Positions 25,001 through 36,194 of a DNA stretch of 64,000 nt are shown piece by piece (position 1 is the first letter of the stretch; each line of letters begins with the position of its first letter). The stretch is from Octopus sinensis. Its lineage: Eukaryota. Where the stretch lies: NCBI RefSeq assembly GCF_006345805.1, contig NC_043014.1, positions 16,306,001-16,370,000 of the forward strand, read 5' to 3'. A program made the position numbers and the translations under genes. The notes beneath the pieces were generated by a model. It had not been told where the DNA came from. It did no database searches and worked only from the letters and a program-made list of their open reading frames with translations.

Positions 25001-28000
25001 CAAAAAGTAGACACCTATAATGGTGGTGGGGAGGTGCAGAAATATAGGGGAGCACCAGTGGGAGGGGTGGTTCAGAGGACAGGTTCTAGGCAAGTAGAAC
25101 GTAGGATATCGAGAGGGGTAATGCATGGTGAAATAGCGTATTGAAGAGGGGGGTTCAAAGTGTAGACACCTATAATGGTGGTGGGGGGGGTACAGAAATA
25201 TAGGGGAGCACCAGTGGGAGGGGTGGTTCAGAGGACAGGTTCTAGGCAAGTAGAACGTAGGATATCGAGAGAGGGGTAATGCATGGTGAAATAGCGTATT
25301 GAAGAGGGGGGTTCAAAGAGTAGACACCTATAATGGTGGTGGGGGGAGTGCAGAAATATAGTGTAGCACCAGTGGGAGGGGTGGTTCAGAGGACAGGTTC
25401 GAGGCAAGTAGAATGTAGGATATCGAGAGAGGGGTAATGCATGGTGAAATAGCGTATTGAAGAGGGGGGTTCAAAGAGGAGACACCTATAATGGTGGTGG
25501 GGGGGTGCAGAAATATAGGGGAGCACCAGTGGGAGGGGTGGTTCAGAGGACAGTTTCTAGGCAAGTAGAATGTAGGATATCGAGAGAGGGGTAATGCATG
25601 GAGAAATAGCATATTGAAGAGGGGGGTTCAAAGAGTAGACACCTATAATGGTGGTGGGGGGGTGCAGAAATATAGGGGAGCACCAGTGGGAGGGGTGGTT
25701 CAGAGGACAGGTTCTAGGCAAGTAGAACGTAGGATATCGAGAGAGGGGTAAAGCATGGTGAAATAGCGTATTGAAGAGAGGGGTTCAAAGAGTAGACACC
25801 TATAATGGTGGTGGGGGCGTGCAGAAATATAGGGGAGCACCAGTGGGAGGGGTGGTTCAGAGGACAGGTTCTAGGCCAGTAGAACGTAGGATATCGAGAG
25901 AGGGGTAATGTATGGTGAAATAGCGTATTGAAGAGGGGTGTTCAAAGAGTAGACACCTATAATGGTGGTGGGGGGGTGCAGAAATATAGGGGAGCACCAG
26001 TGGGAGGGGTGGTTCAGAGGACAGGTTCTAGGCAAGTAGAACGTAGGATATCGAGAGAAGGGTAATGCATGGTGAAATAGCGTATTGAAGAGGGGGTTCA
26101 AAGAGTAGACACCTATAATGGTGATGGGGGGGTGCAGAAACATAGGGGAGCACCAGTGTGAGGGGTGGTTCAGAGGACAGGTTCTAGGCAAGTAGAACGT
26201 AGGATATCGAGAGAGGGGTAATGCATGGTGAAATAGCGTTTTCAAGAGGGGTGTTCAAAGAGTAGACACCTATAATGGTGGTGGGGGGGGTGCAGAAATA
26301 TAGGGGAGCACCAGTGGGAGGGGTGGTTCAGAGGACAGGTTCTAGGCAAGTAGAACGTAGGATATCGAGAGAGGGGTAATGCATGGTGAAATAGCGTATT
26401 GAAGAGGGGGGTTCAAAGAGTAGACACCTATAATGGTGGTGGGGAGGGGTGCAGAAATATAGGGGAGACCCAGTGGGAGGGGTGGTTCAAAGGACAGGTT
26501 CTAGGCAAGTAGAACGTAGGATATCGAGAGAGGGGTAATGCATGGTGAAATAGCGTATTGAAGAGGGGGGTTCAAAGAGTAGACACCTATAATGGTGGTG
26601 GGGGGTGCAGAAATATAGGGGAGCACCAGTGGGAGGGGGTGGTTCAGAGGACAGGTTCTAGGCAAGTAGAACGTAGGATATCGAGAGAGGGGTAATGCAT
26701 GGTGAAATAGCGTATTGAAGAGGGGGGTTCAAAGAGAGACACCTATAATGGTGGTGGGGGGTGCAGCAGAAATATAGGGGAGCACCAGTGGGAGGGGTGG
26801 TTCAGAGGACAGGTTCTAGGCAAGTAGAACGTAGGATATCGAGAGAGGGGTAATGCACGGTGAAATAGCGTATTGAAGAGGGGGGTTCAAAGAGTAGACA
26901 CCTATAATGGTGGTGGGGAGGGGTGCAGAAATATAGGGGAGCACCAGTGGGAGGGGTGGTTCAGAGGACAGGTTCTAGGCAAGTAGAACGTAGGATATCG
27001 AGAGAGAGGGGTAATGCATGGTGAAATAGCGTATTGAAAAGGGGGGTTCAAAGAGTAGACACCTATAATGGTGGGGGGGGTGCAGAAATATAGGGGAGCA
27101 CCAGTGGGAGGGGTGGTTCAGAGGACAGGTTCTAGGCAAGTAGAAAGTAGAACGTAGGATATCGAGAGAGGGGTAATGCATGGTGAAATAGCATATTGAA
27201 GAGGGGGGTTCAAAGAGTAGACACCTATAATGGTGGTGGGGGGTGCAGAAATATAGGGGAGCACCAGTGGGAGGGGTGGTTCAGAGGACAGGTTCTAGGC
27301 AAGTAGAACGTAGGATATCGAGAGAGGGATAATGTATGGTGAAATAGCATATTGAAGAGGGGGGTTCAAACAGTAGACACCTATAATGGTGGTGGTGGGG
27401 GGTGCAGAAATATAGGGGAGCACCAGTGGGAGGGGTGGTTCAGAGGACAGGTTCTAGGCCAGTAGAACGTAGGATATCGAGAGAGGGGTAATGTATGGTG
27501 AAATAGCGTATTGAAGAGGGGTGTTCAAAGAGTAGACACCTATAATGGTGGTGGGGGGGTGCAGAAATATAGGGGAGCACCAGTGGGAGGGGTGGTTCAG
27601 AGGACAGGTTCTAGGCAAGTAGAACGTAGGTAGGATATCGAGAGAAGGGTAATGCATGGTGAAATAGCGTATTGAAGAGGGGGTTCAAAGAGTAGACACC
27701 TATAATGGTGGTGGGGGGGGTGCAGAAACATAGGGGAGCACCAGTGTGAGGGGTGGTTCAGAGGACAGGTTCTAGGCAAGTAGAACGTAGGATATCGAGA
27801 GAGGGGTAATGCATGGTGAAATAGCGTATTCAAGAGGGGTGTTCAAAGAGTAGACACCTATAATGGTGGTGGGGGGTGCAGAAATATAGGGGAGCACCAG
27901 TGGGAGGGGTGGTTCAGAGGACAGGTTCTAGGCAAGTAGAACGTAGGATATCGAGAGAGGGGTAATGCATGGTGAAATAGCGTATTGAAGAGGGGGGTTC

Positions 28001-30996
28001 AAAGAGTAGACACCTATAATGGTGGTGGGGAGGGGTGCAGAAATATAGGGGAGACCCAGTGGGAGGGGTGGTTCAGAGGACAGGTTCTAGGCAAGTAGAA
28101 CGTAGGATATCGAGAGAGGGGTAATGCATGGTGAAATAGCGTATTGAAGAGGGGGGTTCAAAGAGTAGACACCTATAATGGTGGTGGGGGGGGTGCAGAA
28201 ATATAGGGGAGCACCAGTGGGAGGGGTGGTTCAGAGGACAGGTTCTAGGCAAGTAGAACGTAGGATATCGAGAGAGGGGTAATGCATGGTGTGAAATAGC
28301 GTATTGAAGAGGGGGTTCAAAGAGTAGACACCTATAATGGTGGTGGGGAGGTGCAGAAATATAGGGGAGCACCAGTGGGAGGGGTGGTTCAGAGGACAGG
28401 TTCTAGGCAAGTAGAACGTAGGATATCGAGAGAGGGGTAATGCACGGTGAAATAGCGTATTGAAGAGGGGGGTTCAAAGAGTAGACACCTATAATGGTGG
28501 TGGGGAGGGGTGCAGAAATATAGGGGAGCACCAGTGGGAGGGGTGGTTCAGAGGACAGGTTCTAGGCAAGTAGAACGTAGGATATCGAGAGAGGGGTAAT
28601 GCATGGTGAAATAGCGTATTGAAAAGGGGGGTTCAAAGAGTAGACACCTATAATGGTGGTGGGGGGTGGCAGAAATATAGGGGAGCACCAGTGGGAGGGG
28701 TGGTTCAGAGGACAGGTTCTAGGCAAGTAGAACGTAGGATATCGAGAGAGGGGTAATGCATGGTGAAATAGCATATTGAAGAGGGGGTTCAAAGAGTAGA
28801 CACCTATAATGGTGGTGGGGGGGGTGCAGAAATATAGGGGAGCACCAGTGGGAGGGGTGGTTCAGAGGACAGGTTCTAGGCAAGTAGAACGTAGGATATC
28901 GAGAGAGGGATAATGTATGGTGAAATAGCATATTGAAGAGGGGGGTTCAAACAGTAGACACCTATAATGGTGGTGGTGGGGGGTGCAGAAATATAGGGGA
29001 GCACCAGTGGGAGGGGTGGTTCAGAGGACAGGTTCTAGGCAAGTAGAACGTAGGATATCGAGAGAGGGGTAATGCATGGTGAAATAGCATATTGAAGAGG
29101 GGGGTTCAAAGAGTAGACACCTATAATGGTGGTGGGGGGGTGCAGAAATAAAGGGGAGCACCAGTGGGAGGGGTGGTTCAGAGGACAGGTTCTAGGCAAG
29201 TAGAACGTAGGATCGAGAGAGGGGTAATGCATGGTGAAATAGCGTATTGAAGAGGGGGGTTCAAAGAGTAGACACCTATAATGGTGGGGGGGGTGCAGAA
29301 ATATAGGGGAGCACCAGTGGGAGGGGTGGTTCAGAGGACAGGTTCTAGGCAAGTAGAACGTAGTAGGATATCGAGAGAGGTGTAATGTACGCTGAAATAG
29401 CGTATTGAAGAGGGGGGTTCAAAGAGTAGACACCTATAATGGTGGTGGGGGGGTCCAGAAATATAGGGGAGCACCAGTGGGGTGGGTGGTTCAGAGGACA
29501 GGTTCTAGGCAAGTAGAACGTAGGATATCGAGAGAGGGGTAATGCATGGTGAAATAGCGTATTGAAGAGGGGGGTTCAAAGAGTAGACACCTATAATGGT
29601 GGTGGGGGGGTGCAGAAATATAGGGGTGCACCAGTGGGAGGGTTGGTTCAGAGGACAGGTTCTAGGCAAGTAGAACATAGGATATCGAGAGAGGGGTAAT
29701 GCATGGTGAAATAGGGTATTGAAGAGGGGGGTTCAAAGAGTAGACACCTATAATGGTGGTGGGGGGGTGCAGAAATATAGGGGAGCACCAGTGGGGGGGT
29801 GGTTCAGAGGACAGGTTCTAGGCAAGTAGAACGTAGGATATCGAGAGAGGGGTAATGCATGGTGAAATAGCGTATTGAAGAGGGGGGTCAAAGAGTAGAC
29901 ACCTATAATGGTGGTGGGGGGGTGCAGAAATATAGGGGAGCACCAGTGGGAGGGGTGGTTCAGAGGACAGTTTCTAGGCAAGTAGAACGTAGGATATCGA
30001 GAGAGGGGTAGGGTATGCATGGTGAAATAGCGTATTGAAGAGGGGGTTTCAAAGAGTAGACACCTATAATGGTGGTGGGGGGGGGTGCAGAAATATAGGG
30101 GAGCACCATTGGGAGGGGTGGTTCAGAGGACAGGTTCTAGGCAAGTAGAACGTAGGATATCGAGAGAGAGGGGTAATGCATGGTGAAATAGCGTATTGAA
30201 GAGGGGGGGTTCAAAGAGTAGACACCTATAATGGTGGTGGTGGGGGGGTGCAGAAATATAGGTGAGCACCAGTGGGGGGGTGGTTCAGAGGACAGGTTCT
30301 AGGCAAGTAGAACGTAGGATATCGAGAGAGGGGTAATGCATGGTGAAATAGCGTATTGAAGAGGGGCGTTCAAAGAGTAGACACCTATAATGGTGGTGGG
30401 GGGGTGCAGAAATATAGGGGAGCACCAGTGGGAGGGGTGGTTCAGAGGACAGGTTCTAGGCAAGTAGAACATAGGATATCGAGAGAGGGGTAATGCATGG
30501 TGAAATAGCGTATTGAAGAGGGGGTTTCAAAGAGTAGACACCTATAATGGTGGGGGGGGGAGCAGAAATATAGGGGAGCACCATTGGGAGGGGTGGTTCA
30601 GAGGACAGGTTCTAGGCAAGTAGAACGTAGGATATCGAGAGAGGGGTAATGCATGGTGAAATAGCGTATTGAAGAGGGGGGTTCAAAGAGTAGACACCTA
30701 TAATGGTGGTGGGGGGGTGCAGAAATATAGGTGAGCACCAGTGGGGGGGTGGTTCAGAGGAGAGGTTCTAGGCAAGTAGAACGTAGGATATCGAGAGAGG
30801 GGTAATGCATGGTGAAATAGGGTATGGAAGAGGGGGGTTCAAAGAGTAGACACCTATAATGGTGGTGGGGGGTGCAGAAATATAGGGGAGCACCAGTGGG
30901 AGGGGTGGTTCAGAGGACAGGTTCTAGGCAAGTAGAACATAGGATATCGAGAGAGGGGTAATGCATGGTGAAATAGCATATTGAAGAGGGGGTTTC
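22029..30996. repeat. ~157-158 bp G-rich tandem satellite, ~57 monomers, open-ended at the gap
   Basis: Monomer is G(n)TGCAGAAATATAGGGGAGCACCAGTGGGAGGGGTGGTTCAGAGGACAGGTTCTAGGCAAGTAGAACGTAGGATATCGAGAGAGGGGTAATGCATGGTGAAATAGCGTATTGAAGAG(n)TTCAAAGAGTAGACACCTATAATGGTGGTG. The anchor CAG recurs at 22038, 22196, 22354, 22511 and 22669. Confidence 0.97.
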
Positions 30997-31096
30997 NNNN
31001 NNNNNNNNNNNNNNNNNNNNNNNNNNNNNNNNNNNNNNNNNNNNNNNNNNNNNNNNNNNNNNNNNNNNNNNNNNNNNNNNNNNNNNNNNNNNNNNN
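30997..31096. other. scaffold gap (100 N)
   Basis: A run of exactly 100 N, typical of a gap of unknown size. Confidence 0.98.
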
Positions 31097-31795
31097 CACC
31101 CGTTTCTGCGGTTGGGGTAACTTTGAATGCCAAAGTTTGGGACAAGACCCTGCAGGATTTTCCAGATGTATATCACCGCCATTCTCTCCCGCCTCTGCTC
31201 TAGGGAGAAGAGGTTTAATACCTTCAGTCTTTCCCAGTAGCTGATATTTTGCATTGAGAAGATCTTCTTTGTGTAGCTTCCTGAATTGCTTCGAGTTCTG
31301 CTGTTAGTTTTAATATTGTGTGGTGACCACAGTTGGGAGCAGTAGTCAAGCGCTGAGGACGAATGTTTTCCATAGGACCATTAGTGTCTCCTTCTCTCTT
31401 GTTCTGAAAGTTCGGAGAATCCATCCAGCTAGCCGTCTGCATTTTATCACCAGATTAGCAATATGCACTTGGAAAGCTGCATCATTGCTCATGTCAATGT
31501 CCAGGTCACGCACTGATTTTGACTCAGGGATTGCAATTCTTCCTGGGCCAGTGTATCCAGTCTGCACGTCGTTTACCTTTGTGTGCCAGTAGGGCAGGGC
31601 CTGGAACTTACCTGCATTAAACTGCATGTTTTTTGTCCTCAGCCCCCCTGTAAGTATTGTGTCCAACTCCTGTTGCAGATACGCAATATTTTCAAGGTTT
31701 TGTATTGCGTGGGAGACTTTTGTGTCATCTGCATAGCTAGCAAGGGTGGTCATCGTAGCAACTGAAGCATGTCTGAAAGGGCCTCTATGAACATC
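31097..31795 (-). mobile_element. CR1 LINE 3' RT fragment (second subfamily)
   Basis: SYADDTKV, QFNAGKF, GWILRTFRTREKET and QNISYWERLKVLNLFSLE motifs. It is the same subfamily as 50141-50660. Confidence 0.85.
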
Positions 31796-31825
31796 TATAT
31801 GTGTGTATATAAGATATATATATAG

Positions 31826-31857
<32 letters not shown>

Positions 31858-32138
31858 AATATATAATATAGTGTGGTGTGTGTGTATTATATGTGTGTGT
31901 GTGCATATATTATATATATATATGTATGTGTGTGTATATATATATATATGTGTGTGTGTGCAATATTATATATATATATATGTGTGTGTATATATATTAT
32001 ATGTGTGTGTGCATATTATGTAATATATATGTGTGTGTATATATATATGTATATATATATATATATATATATGTCTGTTGTTATATATATATATATATAT
32101 GTATGTATATATATATGTATTAATCTATATATATAATG

Positions 32139-32219
<81 letters not shown>

Positions 32220-32260
32220 ATATATATATATGTATGTATATATATATATGTATATATAAA
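31796..32260. repeat. (TA)n/(TG)n compound microsatellite
   Basis: Directly visible. Confidence 0.95.
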
Positions 32261-32492
32261 GGCGGTGACCTGGCAGAAACGTTAGCACGCCGTGCGAAAT
32301 GCGTAGCCGTATTTCATCCGCCGTTACGTTCTGAGTTCAAATTCTGCCGAGGTCGATTTTGCCTTTCATCCTTTCGGAGTCGATAAATAAAGTACCAGTT
32401 ACACACTGGGGTCGATGTAATCGACTTAATCCATTTGTCTGTCCTTGTTTGTTCTCTCTGTGTTTAGCCCCTTGTGGGTAGTAAAGAAATAG
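32261..32492 (+). mobile_element. SINE family A, full length
   Basis: tRNA-like head GGCGGTGACCTGGCAGAAACGTTAGC with a GAGTTCAAATTC B-box, and the tail GTAAAGAAATAG. Confidence 0.9.
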
Positions 32493-32631
32493 GTACTTAA
32501 TTTATTGACTCCAAAAGAATGAAAGGCGAAGTCGATCTTGGCGGAATTTGAACTCAGAACATAAAGACAGACAATAACACCACTAAGCAGCATTTCACCC
32601 GGCGTGCTAACGTTTCTGCCAGCTTCCTGCC
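32492..32631 (-). mobile_element. SINE family A 5' half, tail-to-tail with the previous copy
   Basis: Reverse complement of the family A head. Confidence 0.85.
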
Positions 32632-32686
32632 TTGTGTGTGTGTGTGTGTGTTGTCTACCTTGTGTGTCTACATGTATGCGTTTTAA

Positions 32687-32919
32687 GGCGGCGAGCTGGC
32701 AGAAACGTTAGCACGCAGGGTGAAATGCTTAGCGGTATTTCGTCTGTCGTTACGTTCTGAGTTCAAATTCCGCTGAGGTCGACTTTGCCTTTCATCCTTT
32801 TGGGGTCGATAAATTACATACCAATTATGCACTGGGGTTGATGTAATCGACTTAATCCCTTTGTCTGTCCTTGTTTGTCCCCTCTGTGTGTTTAGCCCCT
32901 TGTGGGCAGTAAAGAAATA
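32687..32919 (+). mobile_element. SINE family A, full length
   Basis: Same sequence as 53-266 and 32261-32492. Confidence 0.9.
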
Positions 32920-33188
32920 TATATGTATGCGTTTGTATGTATGTGCGTGTACGTTGCTTATCTGTGTGTGAATATATATATATATATGTATATATATATG
33001 TATGCTGTGTTTGTGTATATGTATTAGTATGTATATGTGTGTGTGTATGTATGTTGTTTATCTCCTCTGTGTGTGTATGTATGTCTTATGGTTTGTGAGG
33101 TTGGTATAGTGTGTGTGTGTGTGTAAAATATGTGATCGTGGGGTGTGTGTTTATATGTGATTTTTGATATGTGTGTGATCGTTATATG

Positions 33189-33239
<51 letters not shown>

Positions 33240-33289
33240 GCTTTCAACATATAATTAAAATGATACCTGTGGTTAAGTGTTGTCATATA

Positions 33290-33575
33290 TAGGCCTGGGT
33301 CAGCTCTAAACAAGGAGGCTTTTTATGATCAAAAGCAATCCAGCTATGACCATCCCATATTTTTCCCACGGCTGGGAAGAGCCAAGACTATATTTGTCTA
33401 ATGAGAGATACAGTGGTGTGTGATTTGAGGGGAATTTGGTTGCTTTTTCGAGCATGTGATGTGACCACATAAAAGCTCCTTTTGGTATTGTGTGAGTGGA
33501 GATGTTGTTTAGCCCCAGGTCAGTCCTGATGTTCCAGCTGTGACCATCCCAACTTTTATTCAAGCCCATCCCTGC
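33290..33575 (-). mobile_element. old interspersed repeat (family F)
   Basis: Shares AAATCTCCCTCAAATCACA and ATGGTCATAGCTGGATTGCTTTTGATCAT-like motifs with 62930-63330 and 39880-39930. Confidence 0.5.
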
Positions 33576-33834
33576 CAATTAGTCCATTACAAGAATGCTC
33601 ACCATTGAGCACCCTGGGAGCAAACTTGGCGCAAATGTTTGCAACTTCATGAATAATTCTGTGCGCAGGGGCCAATCCCAATCTGTTTGCTTATTGCCTT
33701 TATAGACACACAGACGCATGATTGCCAATTTACCCCAGCCATCTCTGGTGTTCTCATGTCTCTTTCTCCCACTCATACCTCTCATTGTCTCTCCCCTCCT
33801 CTCTGCCAGTCTGGAGCATTTCATAAGGTTTCCA

Positions 33835-35170
33835 TAGCAAGCTTCCAAATTGTCTTCATGTCCTGAACTTCATTCTGCAAACTTGTCAACTGTGACCAGC
33901 CATGTTTAACAGGGTGTGTCCAAATTGCTGTTACAACCTTCTTCTTCAATCTGGAATAACAAAAGTTGGCAGGTCAGCTTATTTAATGTATAATAATAAT
34001 AATAATAATAAAGATATACTGAAATTACAATAACATAAGACAGAACAGAAAATTTCATTGCATAGCAAGCCTCTAAATTGTCTTCATTCTGCAAACTGGG
34101 CAACCACGACATGTCCAAAACTCCTTCAAAGTAGGATCCCCTGACTTTAATACATTTGTTGTAAGTGCTTCAGCTACTTCGTGAAGGCCCCACGGAAGTC
34201 CTCCGAAGGGAAAGGGTCCAGAACCTTGCTCTCTGATGTTTCCAAAGTTCTGCTGTGGCCATCTCCTTCAATCTGGAATAACAAAAGTTGGCTTGTTAGG
34301 TGTACGATAATAAGACAGAACACAAAATTTATTCAGCTGTGACATGCAAAAAAAAAAAAAGAGATGTTTAATGGTTTTGCTGTGATTAGCACAAAATTGT
34401 ATTCCATAAAAAGCTTCCAAACCTCACAGCTACATTCTGGAAACTCAGCAACCATGGCAAGCAGTGTTTATAGCAGGATGTTACCAAATTGCTGTTACAG
34501 CCGCCTTCTTCAATCTGGAACAACAAAAGTTGGCAGGTCAGCTTTATTAAATGTACGATAATGAAATTCCAATAATTTAGGACGGTTAGAATGCAAAACT
34601 CCATTGTGTGGTGAGCTTCCAAATTCCCTTCACATCCTGATTTCATTCTACAAACCAGTCAACTGTAACAAACAGTGTTTTGTAGGATGGGTTCAAAGTG
34701 CTCTAATAGCTGTCTCCTTTAACCCTTTCGTTACCAACCCAGCTGAAACCGGCTCTGGCTCTGAGTACAAATTTCTTGTTTCCATAAGTTTTGAATTAAA
34801 ATCTTCTATCAAACCTCAGTCACAATTTATGTTCCTAACAGTAGCTGAATGATAACTAAGTTATTTTGCTAAATTCTTTGTTATATTTAGAATAATTGAA
34901 AGAAACACAGAGCATCTCAAAATAAATACAGTAATGAAAGGGTTAATATGGAACAACAAAAGTTGGCAGGTCAGCTTATTAGATGTATGATAATGAAATA
35001 CTGAAATTACAATAATTTAGGACAGTTACAAGCAAGCTTCCTACTTGTCTTCACATCACAATTACATTCTACAGATTGGTCAACTGTAACAAAGTGTTTG
35101 AGTTGGGTCTGTTCAGAATGTTGTTTCAGCCATCTGGAACAACAAAAGTTGGCAGGTCAGCTTATTAGCT
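33835..35170. repeat. degenerate tandem repeat, 5 copies of a ~200-300 bp unit with a conserved core
   Basis: The core ATCTGGAAYAACAAAAGTTGGCAGGTCAGCTT (partly truncated in one copy) occurs at about 33949, 34270, 34514, 34947 and 35132. Flanking motifs are also shared. Confidence 0.8.
34723..34942. mobile_element. piggyBac-type MITE (220 bp)
   Basis: TTAA at 34719-34722 and 34943-34946. TIRs are CCCTTTCGTTAC / GTAATGAAAGGG (11/12 complementary). Confidence 0.85.
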
Positions 35171-35475
35171 GTGTAGTAAAATGACTAAGGTCAGTTATAA
35201 AAGCCCCAAACTTCTGCAAACTACCATGGGCAGGCATTCTACTATACTTTAGACCTCAAGTGGCCTGAACTATTTACATGAACACCACCCTGTACATAAC
35301 TCCATGTCCCCCTACATGGCATTGCTTTTTGCTTTTCGAGCCAAAAAATTAACTAACTAACTAACTAGATCTAATGTATGGTATAGCTGTGATTAATATT
35401 ACTGGTTATAGTTGTTGTTGTTGTTGTTGTTGTTGCTGATATCTAGATATTTGAGAACAATAAGCAGTCTTAGGT

Positions 35476-35655
35476 AAAATGCTTAGAAGTATTTTGCCTG
35501 TCTCTACGTTCTAAGTTCAAACTCTGCCGAGGTCATCTTTGCCTTTCATCCTTTCAGGTTTGATAAATTTAAGTACCAGTGAAACACTGGGGCCGATGTG
35601 ATCAATTAGTCCCCTCTCCCAAAATTTCAGGCCTTGTGCCTACAGTAGAAAGGAT
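35476..35655 (+). mobile_element. SINE family A variant, 5'-degenerate
   Basis: Family A core, with the CCCAAAATTTCAGGCCTTGTGCCTA.AGTAGAAAGGATT tail also seen at 58564-58778. Confidence 0.7.
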
Positions 35656-36044
35656 TACTCTTTTACTTGTTTCAGTCATTTGACTGTGGCCATGCTGGAG
35701 CACCGCCTTTAGTCGAGCAAATCGACCCCGGGACTTATTCTTTGTAAGCCTAGTACTTATTCTATCGGTCTCTTTTGCTGAACCGCTAAGTGACGGGGAC
35801 GTAAACACACCAGCATTGGTTGTCAAGCAATGCTAGGGGGACAAACACATACACGCATATATATATATACATATATACGACTGGCTTCTTTCAGTTTCCG
35901 TCTACCAAATCCACTCACAAGGCATTGGTCGGTCCGAGGCTATAGCAGAAGACACTTGCCCAAGATGCCACGCAGTGGGACTGAACCCAGAACCATGTGG
36001 TTGGTAGGCAAGCTACTTACCACACAGCCACTCCTGTGCCTATA
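35656..36044 (-). mobile_element. SINE family B, full length
   Basis: The minus strand starts ATAGGCACAGGAGTGGCTGTGTGGTAAG with a GGGTTCAGTCCC B-box. It has an internal TA/CA microsatellite and an (AAGAGT)-type tail. Confidence 0.9.
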
Positions 36045-36194
36045 ATTATTATTATTATTTTTATTTTTAAGCTGTATCTGTATCTATAGTTTGTTATTGG
36101 TGTTTTTTGTTTTAATTTTTGCTTTTAAATGATTTCTTTTTGTCCTTCATCAGCTAAAATATCTAATCATTCCTCCTTTTTCTATTCTTTCCAG

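Noticed and set aside
21924-31145. Repeated HHALPLSRYPTFYLPRTCPLNHP ORFs
   Set aside because: These are the stop-poor C-rich strand of the satellite. The monomer length is not a constant multiple of 3 and the frame shifts at variable G runs.
36122-36160. CTGATGA...GAAA on the minus strand near the dystroglycan acceptor
   Set aside because: No stem II can form. It is the pyrimidine tract of the intron read backwards.
36129-36194. ATG start of the 636-aa ORF as the true dystroglycan start
   Set aside because: It is pyrimidine-rich intron ending in CAG with no signal peptide. Homology starts at the conserved intron position within the first cadherin-like domain.
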